DNA from: Octopus sinensis
Taxonomy: Eukaryota
Length of the DNA stretch: 64,000 bases
Direction: 5' to 3'
NCBI RefSeq assembly: GCF_006345805.1
Contig: NC_042997.1
Coordinates: forward strand, 56,048,001-56,112,000
Both the position numbers and the translations under genes were made by a program. Of this stretch, positions 37,151 through 49,905 are shown piece after piece. Below the pieces are notes generated by a model. It worked only from the letters and a program-made list of their open reading frames with translations. It was not told the DNA's origin and searched no databases. The first letter of the stretch is position 1. Each line of letters starts with the position of its first letter.

Positions 37151-37595
37151 TCAAGTGCAAGAGAGTCTGCTATTTTGTTGGTCCACTGAAAGTGCCTGAC
37201 ATAGAAGCAGTATACAATAAGTATATTGCATATATGGTTTTAAGTAAGGTTACAAAGACATTGAAACTAAAAAGAATGCTAAAAAGCACTCAATATTTAG
37301 GTAGAACAAATAATCAATGCATTGAGTTATAATGCTTACATCACTTTCGTCACTTGGTATACATGTTGCACAGAATAGATGTGTTTGTTTGGAGTAAAAG
37401 GCTCTCAGAGAACTCATCTGTTTCAATGGTCATGTAAATGTATACATACATACAACACATATGTAGTGGTTAGCACAGGTATACAATAAACAGCAGATGT
37501 GATGTTCAAATTACACATCTATTTTCTCTTCTATATTAGATATATGCTTGTGCATAAATATATTATATATACACATGCATGGCTATATGGATGGA

Positions 37596-37597
37596 TG

Positions 37598-37645
<48 letters not shown>

Positions 37646-37646
37646 T
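37596..37646. repeat. (TAGA)n tetranucleotide microsatellite
   Basis: Direct reading. Confidence 0.95.
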
Positions 37647-37938
37647 TTATAAATATATTCATACACACACACACACACAGCTAATAAAAGAGCTGGAATA
37701 AGTGAATGGGGCCAATGGCTACATTTTATAAGTACAAATAATTGTTTTTTGAAACTTTTCAATTATGTGTGTATTTCACCTTTGTTGTTATTGTTTTTGG
37801 TTTTATAACTGCTTATATCAAAGTTGTTGCATTACGTCTGGCCTGTTGTACATTAATACTGGAATATATTCAGATAACATTGGTTTCTGTAAACTAGCTA
37901 AAAACTTGACTTATTTATTTGCACATTGAGTTTTGCAG

Positions 37939-37988
37939 CTATCATCTTCACTTGTTCTTGCCAATAAAACAGCATGATTATCTCCCTA
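37939..37988 (+). CDS. Candidate 50-nt exon YHLHLFLPIKQHDYLP
   Basis: gagttttgcag acceptor, CTA|gtgagt donor, one open frame (phase 2-1). Confidence 0.25.
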
Positions 37989-39193
37989 GTGAGTATGAAT
38001 GCCTGCTGTCTTATACAGAACTATACCATTAGTTCTTTGCCAAATATATTGCAGAACTATTCTGCTGTTTCAACTTCATATTCTATTTTTCATTTTTTAT
38101 AGTTCTTACAATATCATAAAGTTGGATATAATAAATTTAATTCATTTAACTGTTGCATTTCTTTTTTCCACCTTTGTTATTAATTTTTTTTCTTTTATAT
38201 TTTCTTATTTTAACTGGGGATTTGTATTTCCTGCAAATCTAAAATCCCTCGAGGTGTAAACTTCTTAAAAAATATATTGCTTCAATTCAGAACACACACA
38301 CACACATACATATATGAAATGTTTAATTTTCTTTGGTATAGAAGAAAGCATATTTTCTATATAATTTCATTAGTTTATGAATCATTTCAGTTTCTTTTCC
38401 TCTTTTATACATCGTTTTTCCTTTACTTAAAACAAATGGCTGCTTTTAACATACTTGCTACTTTTGAAATTATTTTGCTCTTTATAACTACCTAAAAATA
38501 AATGTCATTGTGTTTTTAAAATTTCATCAATATTAATGATAATGGTCATCATGATGATGGTCAATAGCGGTTATACCAAGCACAAAGTACTGCTTCATCA
38601 GTGGGATACAAACCTATGACCCAACAACCAGTAATCTGACATCTTTCTGCTCAGATGTTTCACTTTATGTTATTGATTTTTCACATATTTGCATGAGAAA
38701 AGAAAACCAGCTGGGATTCCCTTCATAACAACAAGTAGACCTAGGAAGAACCTAATACTGAATCTAATCATCATCATAATTCAGCATTGGTACACAGTTA
38801 TTTGTTATATTTGACTGAGAGCTGAGTCTCGTCAGTTCAGACTGTCGAAAATAGTAGGAAGGCACAGTTGTAGTCATTAACATGTGATAAAGTTTTGTTG
38901 CTGCTGTTGTTGTTAAACCCCGGTTTAGTCCTAATTCTGTAGAACAATGATCAAAGGCATCAAAGAGGTGAAGAAGTCTTTTTGTATATCAAGGACTACA
39001 TTGTCTAATGTGTTCTTCCTTCCCAAACATAATAGGAAGAGTATAAACTGAGAAAGAGAGACAGACAAACAGACCTGGCAAATGCTGTAACAAACCATAT
39101 TTGTTGGCATGTTGCAGTGTTTGGTTTAAGAATGCATTTCAATATGGTTGGTAAGCTCCATCCAAGATTATAGACCAAAATGTGGTTTAATGG

Positions 39194-39452
39194 TTAGGTG
39201 CTGTGTGGTAAGAAGCTTGCTTCCCAACTACAGGTTTCCAGGTTCAGTACCACTGCATGGCACTTTATGTGTGTCCCCTCACTATCACTTAACCAATGTT
39301 GGTGTATTTACGTCCCCGTAACTTAGCAGTTCAGCAAAAGAAACCAATAGAATAAGTACTAGGCTTACAAAGAATAAGTCCTGGGGTCGAGGGCAATGCT
39401 CCAGCATGACCACAGTCAAATGACTGAAACAAGTAAAAGAATAAAAAGAATA
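39194..39452 (+). mobile_element. SINE family A with internal deletion
   Basis: Head joined directly to the tail, lacking the central gaaactgaaag/microsatellite part. Confidence 0.8.
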
Positions 39453-40049
39453 TTAACAAAGGTTGTAAAAGAATTTTGGAAAGTTGAACTGTGAAACTGC
39501 CCGGTTTAAAACAACGTCAACCACTAGGCATACACATTTGTCTCACACATAATTATCAGAGGCTCAGGTTCAGTATTGAGTCTGTATGTGGTCATCACTT
39601 GACCTGCTAAGAATAGCTGCCAAGTCTCCTTTAAATTACATCCATGTCATAGCTGGAATACCATTAATCATACTTATTTTACTCAATCAGACAAAACAAT
39701 GTTACACAGTTGTGGCTGTAATGTGGCCTATGATATACAAAATGAGAGGATGGTGATTGCTGGGACATCCTTGACCATAATCTGCTCAAATACACTGACT
39801 TGGAGCTAAGCAATAACAGCAGCAGCAACATTGATTTTCTTACACTTTGATTTGTTCAAAGCCTGATGTTGTTCAATGACCCTTTTCCAATTTCCTATGT
39901 CATGCATGTCTATCCAACTCACCCAATTGATTCAAATCATATTTTTTCTGCAATCTTGCAATCAAAATGTGTTAAAAGATGAAACTTTGAACTTTAAAAA
40001 AGCAAAAAATGATGGTTTACAAGGAAATTATATTACTATTATTTGTCTG

Positions 40050-40785
40050 AAAGACTTTAACAACATACTGAAAAGAAGAATCCTAACTGAAAACTGAAAG
40101 TGGTACATGTTTTAGTACATGTTTTGGGGACACAGCAAGCCAACAGTTGTTCTGTGTGTTCACCATCTGATCCTGGCAGAAATTTTTTCTTATCTAAGAA
40201 TAACCAAAGCATGTGAGGATGCTTGATTTTGTTCAAAAGTTTTGTAACACAGTCTTTCCCCTTGTCCTTGATGGCTTGGGATAAAAATTTGCCCTTTCTC
40301 ATCTTGTATGAGGAATACCAAATGTCTTCATGCACTACCTGCCTGACACTCCCATGTCTCTGGCAATGGACCTGATTGACTTGGAGGGACCATAGTCAAT
40401 CATGGCCTGGATCTCACCAACAAATTAATTCAGGAGTTCTTTTCTTATCAGAACAATCAGAGTGAGTTTTCCAAGCTGCTGTACCTTCGTAATCACCATT
40501 AAACTCATCCAACTCTTTCTGAATCCTCAGCACTGTCATCAGATTGACACCCAAACACTCTGAAATGTTTGTATTGGAGCTTCCAGCATGAATGCCAAGC
40601 AGTACAGCATGTTGTTTCCAAATTTCTGACTGAGTGAATTGCGTCATGGTGCTGCTTTTCTCACAGACGGTACCGAACTGACCCTACTATACTGTGTAGT
40701 TGATAAAATCAAGAATAAACAATGCACGTGCACAAAATCAAAAGAATAAAATGGCAACAATTTACCCATCACACCCTGTATATAT
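40050..40785 (-). pseudogene. Tc1/mariner transposase fossil, maT (DD37D)-like, 5' part
   Basis: tacagggtgtgatggg terminus; HTH-region ORF 40414-40647 and MHEDIWYSSYKMRKG..LSQAIKD..KLLNKIKHP segment, homologous to the 48945 copy. Confidence 0.8.
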
Positions 40786-41223
40786 TTGTATTTGTCCCAC
40801 CTCACCATCATTAGTTTGTCTCCATCCTCATAACTTTGTGATTTGGCAAAAGAGACCAGTAGAGTAAGTGTAGAACTAATGCCAGTTTGTTCAACTAAAC
40901 CTGTCAAAGGCAGTATCCTCATATGCTGTAGCCCCATGACTGAAACTAGTGAAATATAAAAGGTAAGATAAGAGAACACTAGGTTTAATGCTTCATTTTA
41001 ATCAGGGTTGGTTTCTCTCTGATCCCTTACAAGGTCAATAAAATAATTACCAATAACATATTAATGTTTGTTTCAAATTAATATTGTACCTACAAAAGAA
41101 ATCATTGGCAGTTTCTAGAACAACTAATAAGCATTGAGTAGAATGGTTTATTTTTGCTTTGATGAGGATTATTTTAGTTTTTAGTCTCTCACATGCTAGC
41201 ACCATTTTTGTTAAAACCTTTAA

Positions 41224-41412
41224 CCCTTTTGTTACTGCATTTATTTTAAGATGCTCTGTGTTTCTTTCAATTAATTTTAAATATAACAAAGAATTTAGTT
41301 ACGGTTTGGTGGAAGATTTTAATTCAAAACTTATGGAAACAAAACATTTGTAGTGCAGAGCCATTCGTGGGTGCAGATCTCGGTGGTAGTAGCACGAATA
41401 GTATCAAAAGGG
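41224..41412. mobile_element. piggyBac-type MITE, internally deleted and chimeric
   Basis: TTAA|cccttttgttactgcatttattttaagatgctctgtg as in family 1; right end gtatcaaaaggg|ctaa. Confidence 0.8.
41358..41405 (+). other. 28S rRNA-like fragment (not a functional rRNA gene)
   Basis: ggtgcagatctcggtggtagtagca matches the conserved LSU stretch GGTGCAGATCTTGGTGGTAGTAGCA at 24/25 (recalled, not searched). Confidence 0.7.
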
Positions 41413-42095
41413 CTAAGGAGCTGTAGCCATCCTTACTTAAACTTAGAATAAATCTTGAAAAAAATTTTTTTTTAAACTGTCAAAATATATTCAAATAAAT
41501 GCAAAAGATACTGAGTCTAAATTGTATAAATAAACATTATTCTAGTAAAATTACTGTTTAATGTTGAAAATTTTATAGAGAGAGACTGAAAATTACAGTT
41601 TATAATCTAAGTGTAAACAATGTCAAAATATAAATACATATATATATTTAAAATAATTCCAATTCTTTGCATCAGATAAATGATCTGATGATAAATGTCT
41701 CCACATGCCACATGGGGGTTATAAAAACAGTGCTTAGCTGCAAGTTTTGTAACATTATGCAGATGGGAGATGAATTTGGATATGATGCCAGTCTATTGCA
41801 GATATCCTTTTCTGATGTTCTAGTGGTATCTATTGCCAACAGCTAAGTGAACTGAGTTACATAGCTGCATGGATGTTTTACCCAGAGACATTACAAATTG
41901 CCTGCAGCAAATAATCTAATATCTTATCCTCACAATCATTTTGTACCAACCTTAACACAAGAATGATGAAGCTGTATTCTGTTCTTTTTTTCCCTTTTCT
42001 CCCCTCCCAATCCATTTATGTTTCTCACAGTTTGTCGAATTTTAACAGTTTGTTGAAATTTTCTTTTATCTTTTTAGTTTTCTTTAAACATTCAG

Positions 42096-42179
42096 TTATT
42101 TAAGTATCAAGATTATTGACCGAAGAGGTTTACCTGTACTTCCTATCTCACCAGCAGCCATGTTAATACTTATTTATTG
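42096..42179 (+). CDS. Candidate 84-nt exon YLSIKIIDRRGLPVLPISPAAMLILIY
   Basis: Long pyrimidine tract to cattcag, TTG|gtattc donor, phase 2-2 open. Confidence 0.25.
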
Positions 42180-43280
42180 GTATTCAACTTTGTGGTGTTA
42201 GTTGTGACAGTGTTACTGAGTGGAATGGTGTAAATGGTAGTAGTAGTAGTAGTAGCAGTAGTAGTAGATATTGTAAACTTCCTTATGCTAACTATCAAAT
42301 TAAATTAATATGGATGGCTGACAGCTTTTCATTCAAAGTAAAATGAGTTCAAATATTAACAAATGGTGGTCCAGTGAAATACATTTATCTAATTTCTGAA
42401 ATTTGTCAGTTTAATTATTTGCTTAATCAAAGAAGTGAGGAAAGTAGGGAGGAGGATGATCATTGTCTGTATTTTTCATTTACAACATAATTTTATCTTT
42501 AATGTTACTGACAGGAGTTGTGAGTCTGCTAACTGAAGGATTATTATTTCATATCTCATGAATGGAAAGCATTTTTCACACAAGCATGTTTTTTTACACT
42601 AAAACTTCAACTTTACAGTGTTCTCCTTAATGATTCCACACTGCAATTTTAATTAGATTATCTTTAAATCAAAGTTTACAAGTGCAGCCTGTCTTATTCG
42701 ATGTGGGGATTAGGATAAAAACTACTTAACTAAAAGTAATCCAATAACTGCCTTTCTGTGCTTTCTGACACCTTTTCTTATGAATATTTTTCTAATATTT
42801 TCAAATTTGTTCTGGACAGGCTTGATACTCATGAGATATACAGAATGCATTCTGGGTCTAATGCCTTCTTGAGATATTTCCCAGTGAAACGCTTTCTTAA
42901 GATATTACATAGATTTATTTTAGAAAGACATTTGTTAACCATCTTTTTAAAGCTTTCTCAATTTTATTTCATCATTTAACATTGAAACTCTGAAGAACAT
43001 AGCAGTTGCATAAAAATTTCATGTTTGCATTTGTTGTTACTAGATGTCTTAATTCGGTTAATAATTCAGAAAAATAACATTTTAGATAAGCAAATTGTTA
43101 TTTCATATTTAATGTCTATGATGACTCTACAATGGTGCAACTGTTGTTTTATTTTTAATGGCTACAACAACTCTGCAGTGGTTCATTTTAATCCTTCTAC
43201 AACCTTTAACCTACCTTTTCACTTATTTATTAGGTTATTGTATGACTTCAAACAATATAACATTTTATCTGCTCAGAGAC

Positions 43281-43343
43281 CTAAATAAATTGTCTGCTGC
43301 AGCAATTACAAAATGACCATTGCTTTTCCATCTCTTTTTGGCC
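43281..43343 (-). CDS. Candidate 63-nt exon AKKRWKSNGHFVIAAADNLF
   Basis: Very strong acceptor cttttctgttcttttgcttcag, TAG|gtctct donor, phase 2-2; could instead be a transposase relic. Confidence 0.3.
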   Translation of the reverse strand, partial: GQKEMEKQWSFCNCCSRQFI

Positions 43344-44689
43344 CTGAAGCAAAAGAACAGAAAAGCTTGATGTTGTTGTTGTTGTTTTCCGTTTTGTTTT
43401 CTGGGAATATTATTTAATTTTTACTCAATCAAATGATGTATTGATTATGGGTCTCTATTGATATGATGACTGCCAGTAAATATAACTTGACGTTGAGGGA
43501 TTCATGCAACTTAGCATAGATATACATACAGGCAATGTAACATTGAGAGATATGTATAGCTTAATACAAAAATATATAAATCTGGGTATTGGAAATGTAT
43601 GACTGTCCATAGAAATAGATTTTAGAGTTTATTTCTTTATGATTTTCAGATGAGCTTTGTTGGTTTGACATGAAGCAAGTTTCGTTTTCCTCTTAATTTT
43701 TCTGAATTATTGTTTTTCTAAATTAGAATTATTCACCCCATGGAATAATAGCAGTTAATGATTTTATTGGAAGAGAGAGTAAGAAAAGAAAATTAATATA
43801 CAGAAAAGAAACTGAAGGGTAAAAATTATTGAAAAACAAATACTATTCTTAAAAGTGAACTGGGTTTTTTTTTCTTTTGCTTTTTGTTGTTTGTTTTTAA
43901 GTAGATTGATGCTAACACTATTAGTCATTTCAAATTTACTCATTTCTGATAGAGTTTGTGAATCTTCCTGACCTTGTTTCTTTAAACATTGAACAATACA
44001 CATTTTAAACTACAACAAATGCAAGTATTCCTACCTACTACTACTACCACTACTTTCCAATATTTGAAACTTGATATAGATTTGTTTTCGCCTACCACAA
44101 TGTTTCAGATTTTTTAAAGAGGGTAAAATAAAATGCTATATAATGGTCATGCCTTTTCATAACACAAATGAAGTGAAATGGCTTCAACTTTGAAATGAAA
44201 CTAGGATTTTGGACTCAGCTCACCATGTACTTACTGTTCACTATAGGAATCCTTGCAGCTTGATAAGAACTGTACTAATATCACCCTACTCTCCTACTGT
44301 TTGCACTAATGTCACCCGACCTTCCTAGCCTGCTTGTCTAGAAGGCTCTCTGCAGGTTATATTTATAGTCCTTTCTCTCTTGATCAACAAATTAAAAAAA
44401 GATGAATCTATTTTTTTTTTTAATCTAACAACAGAAGTGTTACTATAGAATACTACATTTAAGGTTATCAATTTTATTTAAACTATATAGTTCAATGAAG
44501 ATAAGTACATTTATTGGATTATTTTACTTCGTAGTTTACTTGCAGATTTTTTGGGGTTTTTTTCACTACTTCTATTCTTCTCTCGAAATGTTTTGCAGAA
44601 CATCCAGCCTAAACATTTTGTGCTGTCAGGTTCTGAAGCATTGTGTGCTTTTCCAGGGATGGGTAAGAGAAGTACTTGACTAAGTACAA

Positions 44690-44930
44690 GCAACTCTGCT
44701 TGCATCTGTTGATATGGAAAACTATTTTGACAGTTTCTCACACTCAATTGTTAGATGGGTACTGAGAAAATCAACTTTAGATAAATAGTTTGTGAGGTAC
44801 AGAAGAATGGCTTACAAGCTATACATGAAGGATTTGCTGTTTGCAAGGTTAGAAACTGACAGTAAATACAGTGAAGAATGTAGTGTTTTGGTAAGTGCTT
44901 TCATCGGGGCTCTATCCTTACACTACTGCT
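44690..44930 (+). mobile_element. RTE LINE RT remnant
   Basis: LASVDMENYFDSFSHSIVRWVLRK...KYSEECSV resembles FVDLEKAFDRVPR..WWALRK..YSEEFSV. Confidence 0.65.
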
Positions 44931-47089
44931 ATTGATTATAGTAATAATGATTTCAAATTTTGGCACAAGGCCAGCAATTTTGGGGCGGGGATAAATCCAT
45001 TAAATCAACCCTGAAATTATGAAAGGCAAAGTTGACCTCAGCAGAATTTGAACTGAAATCATAAAGACGGATGAAAGCATTTTGCTTGGTATGCTGATTC
45101 AGCCATCTCACTGACTTAATTAATTGCAGTAATAATGGAGGAGTTCAAGGCTTGATATTCTTAAGGCATTTATCTATTGGCAACCTGGTTCTCTTTCCAG
45201 GGTCTGTCATGGAACTTTCCACAAAAGTTTCAAACTTGGGCAGACTATCTAGAGTTCAATATGGTAGAGATTTAGTGTAAGTTAGTATCAAAGAACTCAA
45301 GATTCTAGTGCCATTTGGGGAGTTGCTTTTGTTATTATGTCTGAAAGGGGTAAATAGGGTTTCAGTACTGTGTATTCAGTACATAAAATGGGTTTACAAA
45401 ATATCCAGTGGTATTTCTGGCATATGTGACACTTCACATAAGTTAAATGTTTAGCAAGGATGAACAGTAGAGACACTTATGAAATGAAGTCTAAACATGT
45501 TGGCAATTTCTGTTATTTAGTATATTTAATTAGTGTTGGCGCTGGCTGTGCTGAGAGCATATTAGCAAAATAATAAAAAAGGTTGACTTGGTGGTACTGA
45601 AACTGAAAATTAATGGGGAAGATCTGTGAGTACTAGGGAGAAGTTTGTCAGGTATTATCCGTTAGTTGTGTAACAATACATAAAAGATGGAATATAAGTC
45701 AACTGACAGAGTGGCTAGATATTAAAAATATTGACAAGGTCAGTGTATCCAAAATCGTGTGCTGCCAAATGTTAAATATAGCATGAAAATAAGAAAATTA
45801 TATCTAAAACATACAAAATAATCATTAGTATTGTTTTTATGTCTTCTTTTTCCATGGACAAAGACTTACTGTTATAATATTTTCTGGTTAGATGCCTTTC
45901 CTGCCACCAAATCCGACCTGTTTTTCTATTGGGAAAATTGTATTCTAGTGATCTTTATAAGTTTAAAGCAGCAATGCTACAGAACATTGTTTACAGGACA
46001 TGCAAACATAACACCACCGTATTTGACGCAGTGTCAGACAAACACACAGAAAAAATATTTTCATATAAACGCACCATATACACACATGTACATGCATACA
46101 TTCAATGGACTACCATTAAGCTTACATCTACATGTTCCAGTCATATAGCATTACTTTGCTCAAGACTATAGTAGAAGACACTCAAATTGTCTGAAGGTGC
46201 TACAGAATAAAAGTACACCAGATCAAAATGCTCAGTTATTATTTGCTGATATGGTTAACCAGTATAGATTAATAGGTTGAGGAACGAAGCTTGCTGTATA
46301 ATTCTGTAGCAATTAATTACAGTATAATTCAGTGAAATCTGAGCTATAAAGACAAACACTGCTGGAACTTGGGTAGTGAGATACACATAGAAAAAATGCA
46401 TGTTGAAATAATTAGTAGTGCTTGCTAATGTGGAAAAGATTTAAGGAGGTGGAAATTGTTAAATCAACTTCTGAAGTAGAAAACAAATTGATTTTTGTAG
46501 GACACATCTTATATTGGCAAAAGGTAAAAAATGTTGAGAAAGAAACAATGTCAACGGAATCAACATACATGTATGTATGCTTGTGTGCATGCATGCATGT
46601 ATAACTAATACTCACAAAATAGAGGACAAAACAGCATATTGCAAGTTTGGTGTTGCACTGTTTCTACCATTCTACTTTCTACCTAATAATAATAATTGTA
46701 ATTTCTCTTATTTGCCACAAGGCCGGTGTATGAGGCAGCATTCAAAAACAAATTTAAGTAGGAACTCTCACTGAACATCATTATAATAATAAAGGGAATA
46801 ATAACTATTATACTGTTTCTAATTTAGGCATACAGCTAGGAATTTTGTTTTTAATTTCAGCACAACAGCCAGATCAAATACTACAAGACATTTTTTCCCA
46901 ACACTCTAATAATTGTGACAATTCAGTGCCTTGAATGTTCCTAATTTAGGCACAAGGCCAGTAATTTTGAGGTGGAAGAAGTGCTGTAGCTAATAGCAAT
47001 CCTTGTATTTAAATGGTGCTTTATTTTATTGACCCCATAGACTTAAATGAGCTTTGAAGTTAGGATATAAAGAGCCCTACCAATAATAA

Positions 47090-47530
47090 TAACAATCCTT
47101 TCTGCTATAGGCACAAAGCTAGGGGACTAGGTGATTATATTGACCCCCCCTCCCCCCGCACTTGACTAGTACTTACTTCATCGACCCCAAAAGGATGAAA
47201 GACAAAGTTGACCTTGGTGGAATTTGAACTCAGAATGTAAAGACAGATGAAATAATGCTAAGTATTTCTCCTGGCATGCTAACAATTCTGCCAGCTCACC
47301 ACCAACAACAACAACAATAATAATAATAATAATAATAATAATATCAATTGCTTTTATTTTAAACACAAGGTCAGCAGTTTCATGGGAAGGGGTTAGTCAA
47401 TACTATTGACCCCAATACTTGACTGTTACTTTATTTCATTGATAATGGAGGGATGAAAGGCAAAGTTGACCTTGGTTGGATTTGAAACCAGAATGTAAGA
47501 AGCCAGAACAAAATGTTTTAGTTGTTATTT
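47090..47530 (-). mobile_element. Two tandem SINE family B copies joined by (AAC/AAT)n
   Basis: Same architecture as 20985-21505. Confidence 0.8.
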
Positions 47531-47674
47531 TAATAATTTTGCCAATCAACCAATAATAATATAAATAATAAGTTCAAGAACAAATTAGAAGTTGGGCAAT
47601 AAAAAAATCATCAAAAGCAAAACCTAGTAAATTATGTGTGTATATATGTGTGTGTGCACGCATGCGCATGCGTA

Positions 47675-47715
<41 letters not shown>

Positions 47716-48169
47716 TATATGTGGTAAGAGGAGAGTGTAATAAAACACTTGCAGCAATGTATGATATTCCAAGTAAATAAGAAGAAATAATAAACTTCAA
47801 CCTTATAAAAAACAACAAAATAATGTGAGAAAGCTTGTCCACTGGGAGCTTTTGTGGAACTTTTGAAATACAATGAAATTCTAGTGGGAACATCAGCTAC
47901 AGAGGAAAAAGAAATGTTTTAAAGGTAGGCGTAATCTTTGAGATTCTCATATCTAATCAGATAAAAGTAAGAATTTCAACCAGGAGACTAAGTAGTCAAT
48001 ACAGAAGTAATAAATATTACTGCTTGAAATCTGTTTTGCAATGTGAAAACTTTGAATTATACCAGTGCTATCAGGAACCAATAGAGGCCAAAATTATTTC
48101 AGCGAAGATACAAAAATATAATTTAAAAAAACAAAACAATGCACTTTGTCTGGAATTCCAAATATACAA

Positions 48170-48170
48170 A

Positions 48171-48227
<57 letters not shown>

Positions 48228-48515
48228 GAATAAAAAAATGGAGTTAACATGTATATACATATATATGTATATACATGTATACACACACACACATATACAT
48301 ATGTATATATACATATATATGTGTATATATACATATGTATATGTATATATACATATATATATGTATATATACATATGTATATGTATATATACACATATAT
48401 ATGTATATATACATATGTATATGTATATATACATATATATATGTATATATACATATACATATGTATATATACATATGTATATGTATATATACATATGTAT
48501 ATGTATATATACACA
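48170..48515. repeat. (TA)n followed by a higher-order minisatellite of atatgtatatatac-based units
   Basis: Direct reading. Confidence 0.9.
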
Positions 48516-48516
48516 T

Positions 48517-48785
48517 ACTCTTTTTACTCTTTTAGTTGTTTCAGTCATTTGACTGCGGCCATGCTGGAGCACCACCTTTAGTCGAGCAAATCGACCCCAG
48601 AACTTATTCTTTGTAAGCCCAGTACTTATTCTATCGGTCTCTTTTGCCGAACCGCTAAGTGACGGGGACGTAAACACACCAGCATCGGTTGTTAGGCAAT
48701 GCTAGGGGGACAAACACAGACACACAAACACATATATATATATATACATATATACGACAGGCTTCTTTCAGTTTCCGTCTACCAT
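48517..48785 (-). mobile_element. SINE family A 3' two-thirds, low divergence
   Basis: Retains CpGs (gacggggacgtaaacacaccagcatcgg). Confidence 0.9.
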
Positions 48786-48944
48786 ATACATATGTACATG
48801 TGTGTGTGTATACATGTATATACAAATATATGTGTATACATGTGTTTTGTCAAACAGTGGTGAGGAACTGACACACATGCATGTGCACTCACACACACAC
48901 ACACACATATATGACAGGCTTCTTTCAGTTTCCACTTTCCAAAT

Positions 48945-49905
48945 CCTGAATGTGTTGGTGAGATCCAGACTATGATTGACAACGATCCTTCCAAGTCAGT
49001 CAGGTCCATCACCAACCAGAGATATGGGAGCGTCTGAATTTCTTATCAGGTAGGTGGTGCATGAAGACATTCGATAGTCCTTATACAAGATGAGAAAGGG
49101 CCAATTTGTATCCCAAGCCATCAATGACAACAGGAAAGACTGTTACAAAACTTTTGAACAAACTCAAGCATCCTCTCCAACCAACTATGCTTTGGTTGTT
49201 CTCAGATAAGAAAAAATTTCTGCCAGGATCAAATGGTGAACATACAGAATAACTGTTGGCTTGGTGTGTCCCCAAAACATGTACCAAGAGTGATAAAAAT
49301 CAAATATCATGTCAACATCATGGTGTTTGGAGTGATCACAAGTGATGGCAACTTTATGCCTCTGTTCATCTTCCCACATGACCTCCAACTCAACACGGAG
49401 GCCTACATCGAGTGCCTGGAGGAGATAGTACTGCCCTGGGTCGAGAGAGTGGCTGTTGGAAGACTCTATGTCTGACAACAGGACTCTGCACCATGCCGCA
49501 CAAGCAGGAGAACCCAGTCGTGACTGTTGAACAATTTCTGCAACCACGCCAACTTCTAACATCTGGCCACCTAACTCCCCAGACTGCAACTCTGCTTGAT
49601 TATTATGAGTGGGACGCAGTTGAGTGAGAGACCAACAAAACTCTTTGTGAGACCATAGATGAGCTAAAGGCAAGGATTATGGCAGTATTCACCAAGGAGA
49701 CCATCCAGAAGAGTTGCAGAAGATTCCGAAGTCGTCTGGAGGTTGTGGTTGAAGCCAATGGTGATTTTATTGAATAAATTTACTCTTTAGTATTTCATGG
49801 TATTTTTATGTAATTTTGGTAAAATGAGATGTCAGTGTTATTTTCATTTTTGCATAATTTAGATGACAATTTATTCACAGCACTTTGTGTGTTTATATAT
49901 ATATA
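48945..49905 (+). pseudogene. maT/DD37D-type Tc1/mariner transposase fossil, catalytic and 3' part
   Basis: FSD.., HVNIMVFGVITSDGNFMPLFIFP, QQDSAP, IWPPNSPDCN..LDY, RLEVVVEANGDFIE*; stops and frameshifts. Confidence 0.85.

Noticed and set aside
48139-48677. Many 80-170 aa ORFs of the YIYIYIC / THTHT type, here and at 6016-6382, 8033-8607, 19877-20139, 22120-22635 and 29906-30219
   Set aside because: Translations of (TA)n, (CA)n and (TG)n repeats, which lack stops in several frames.
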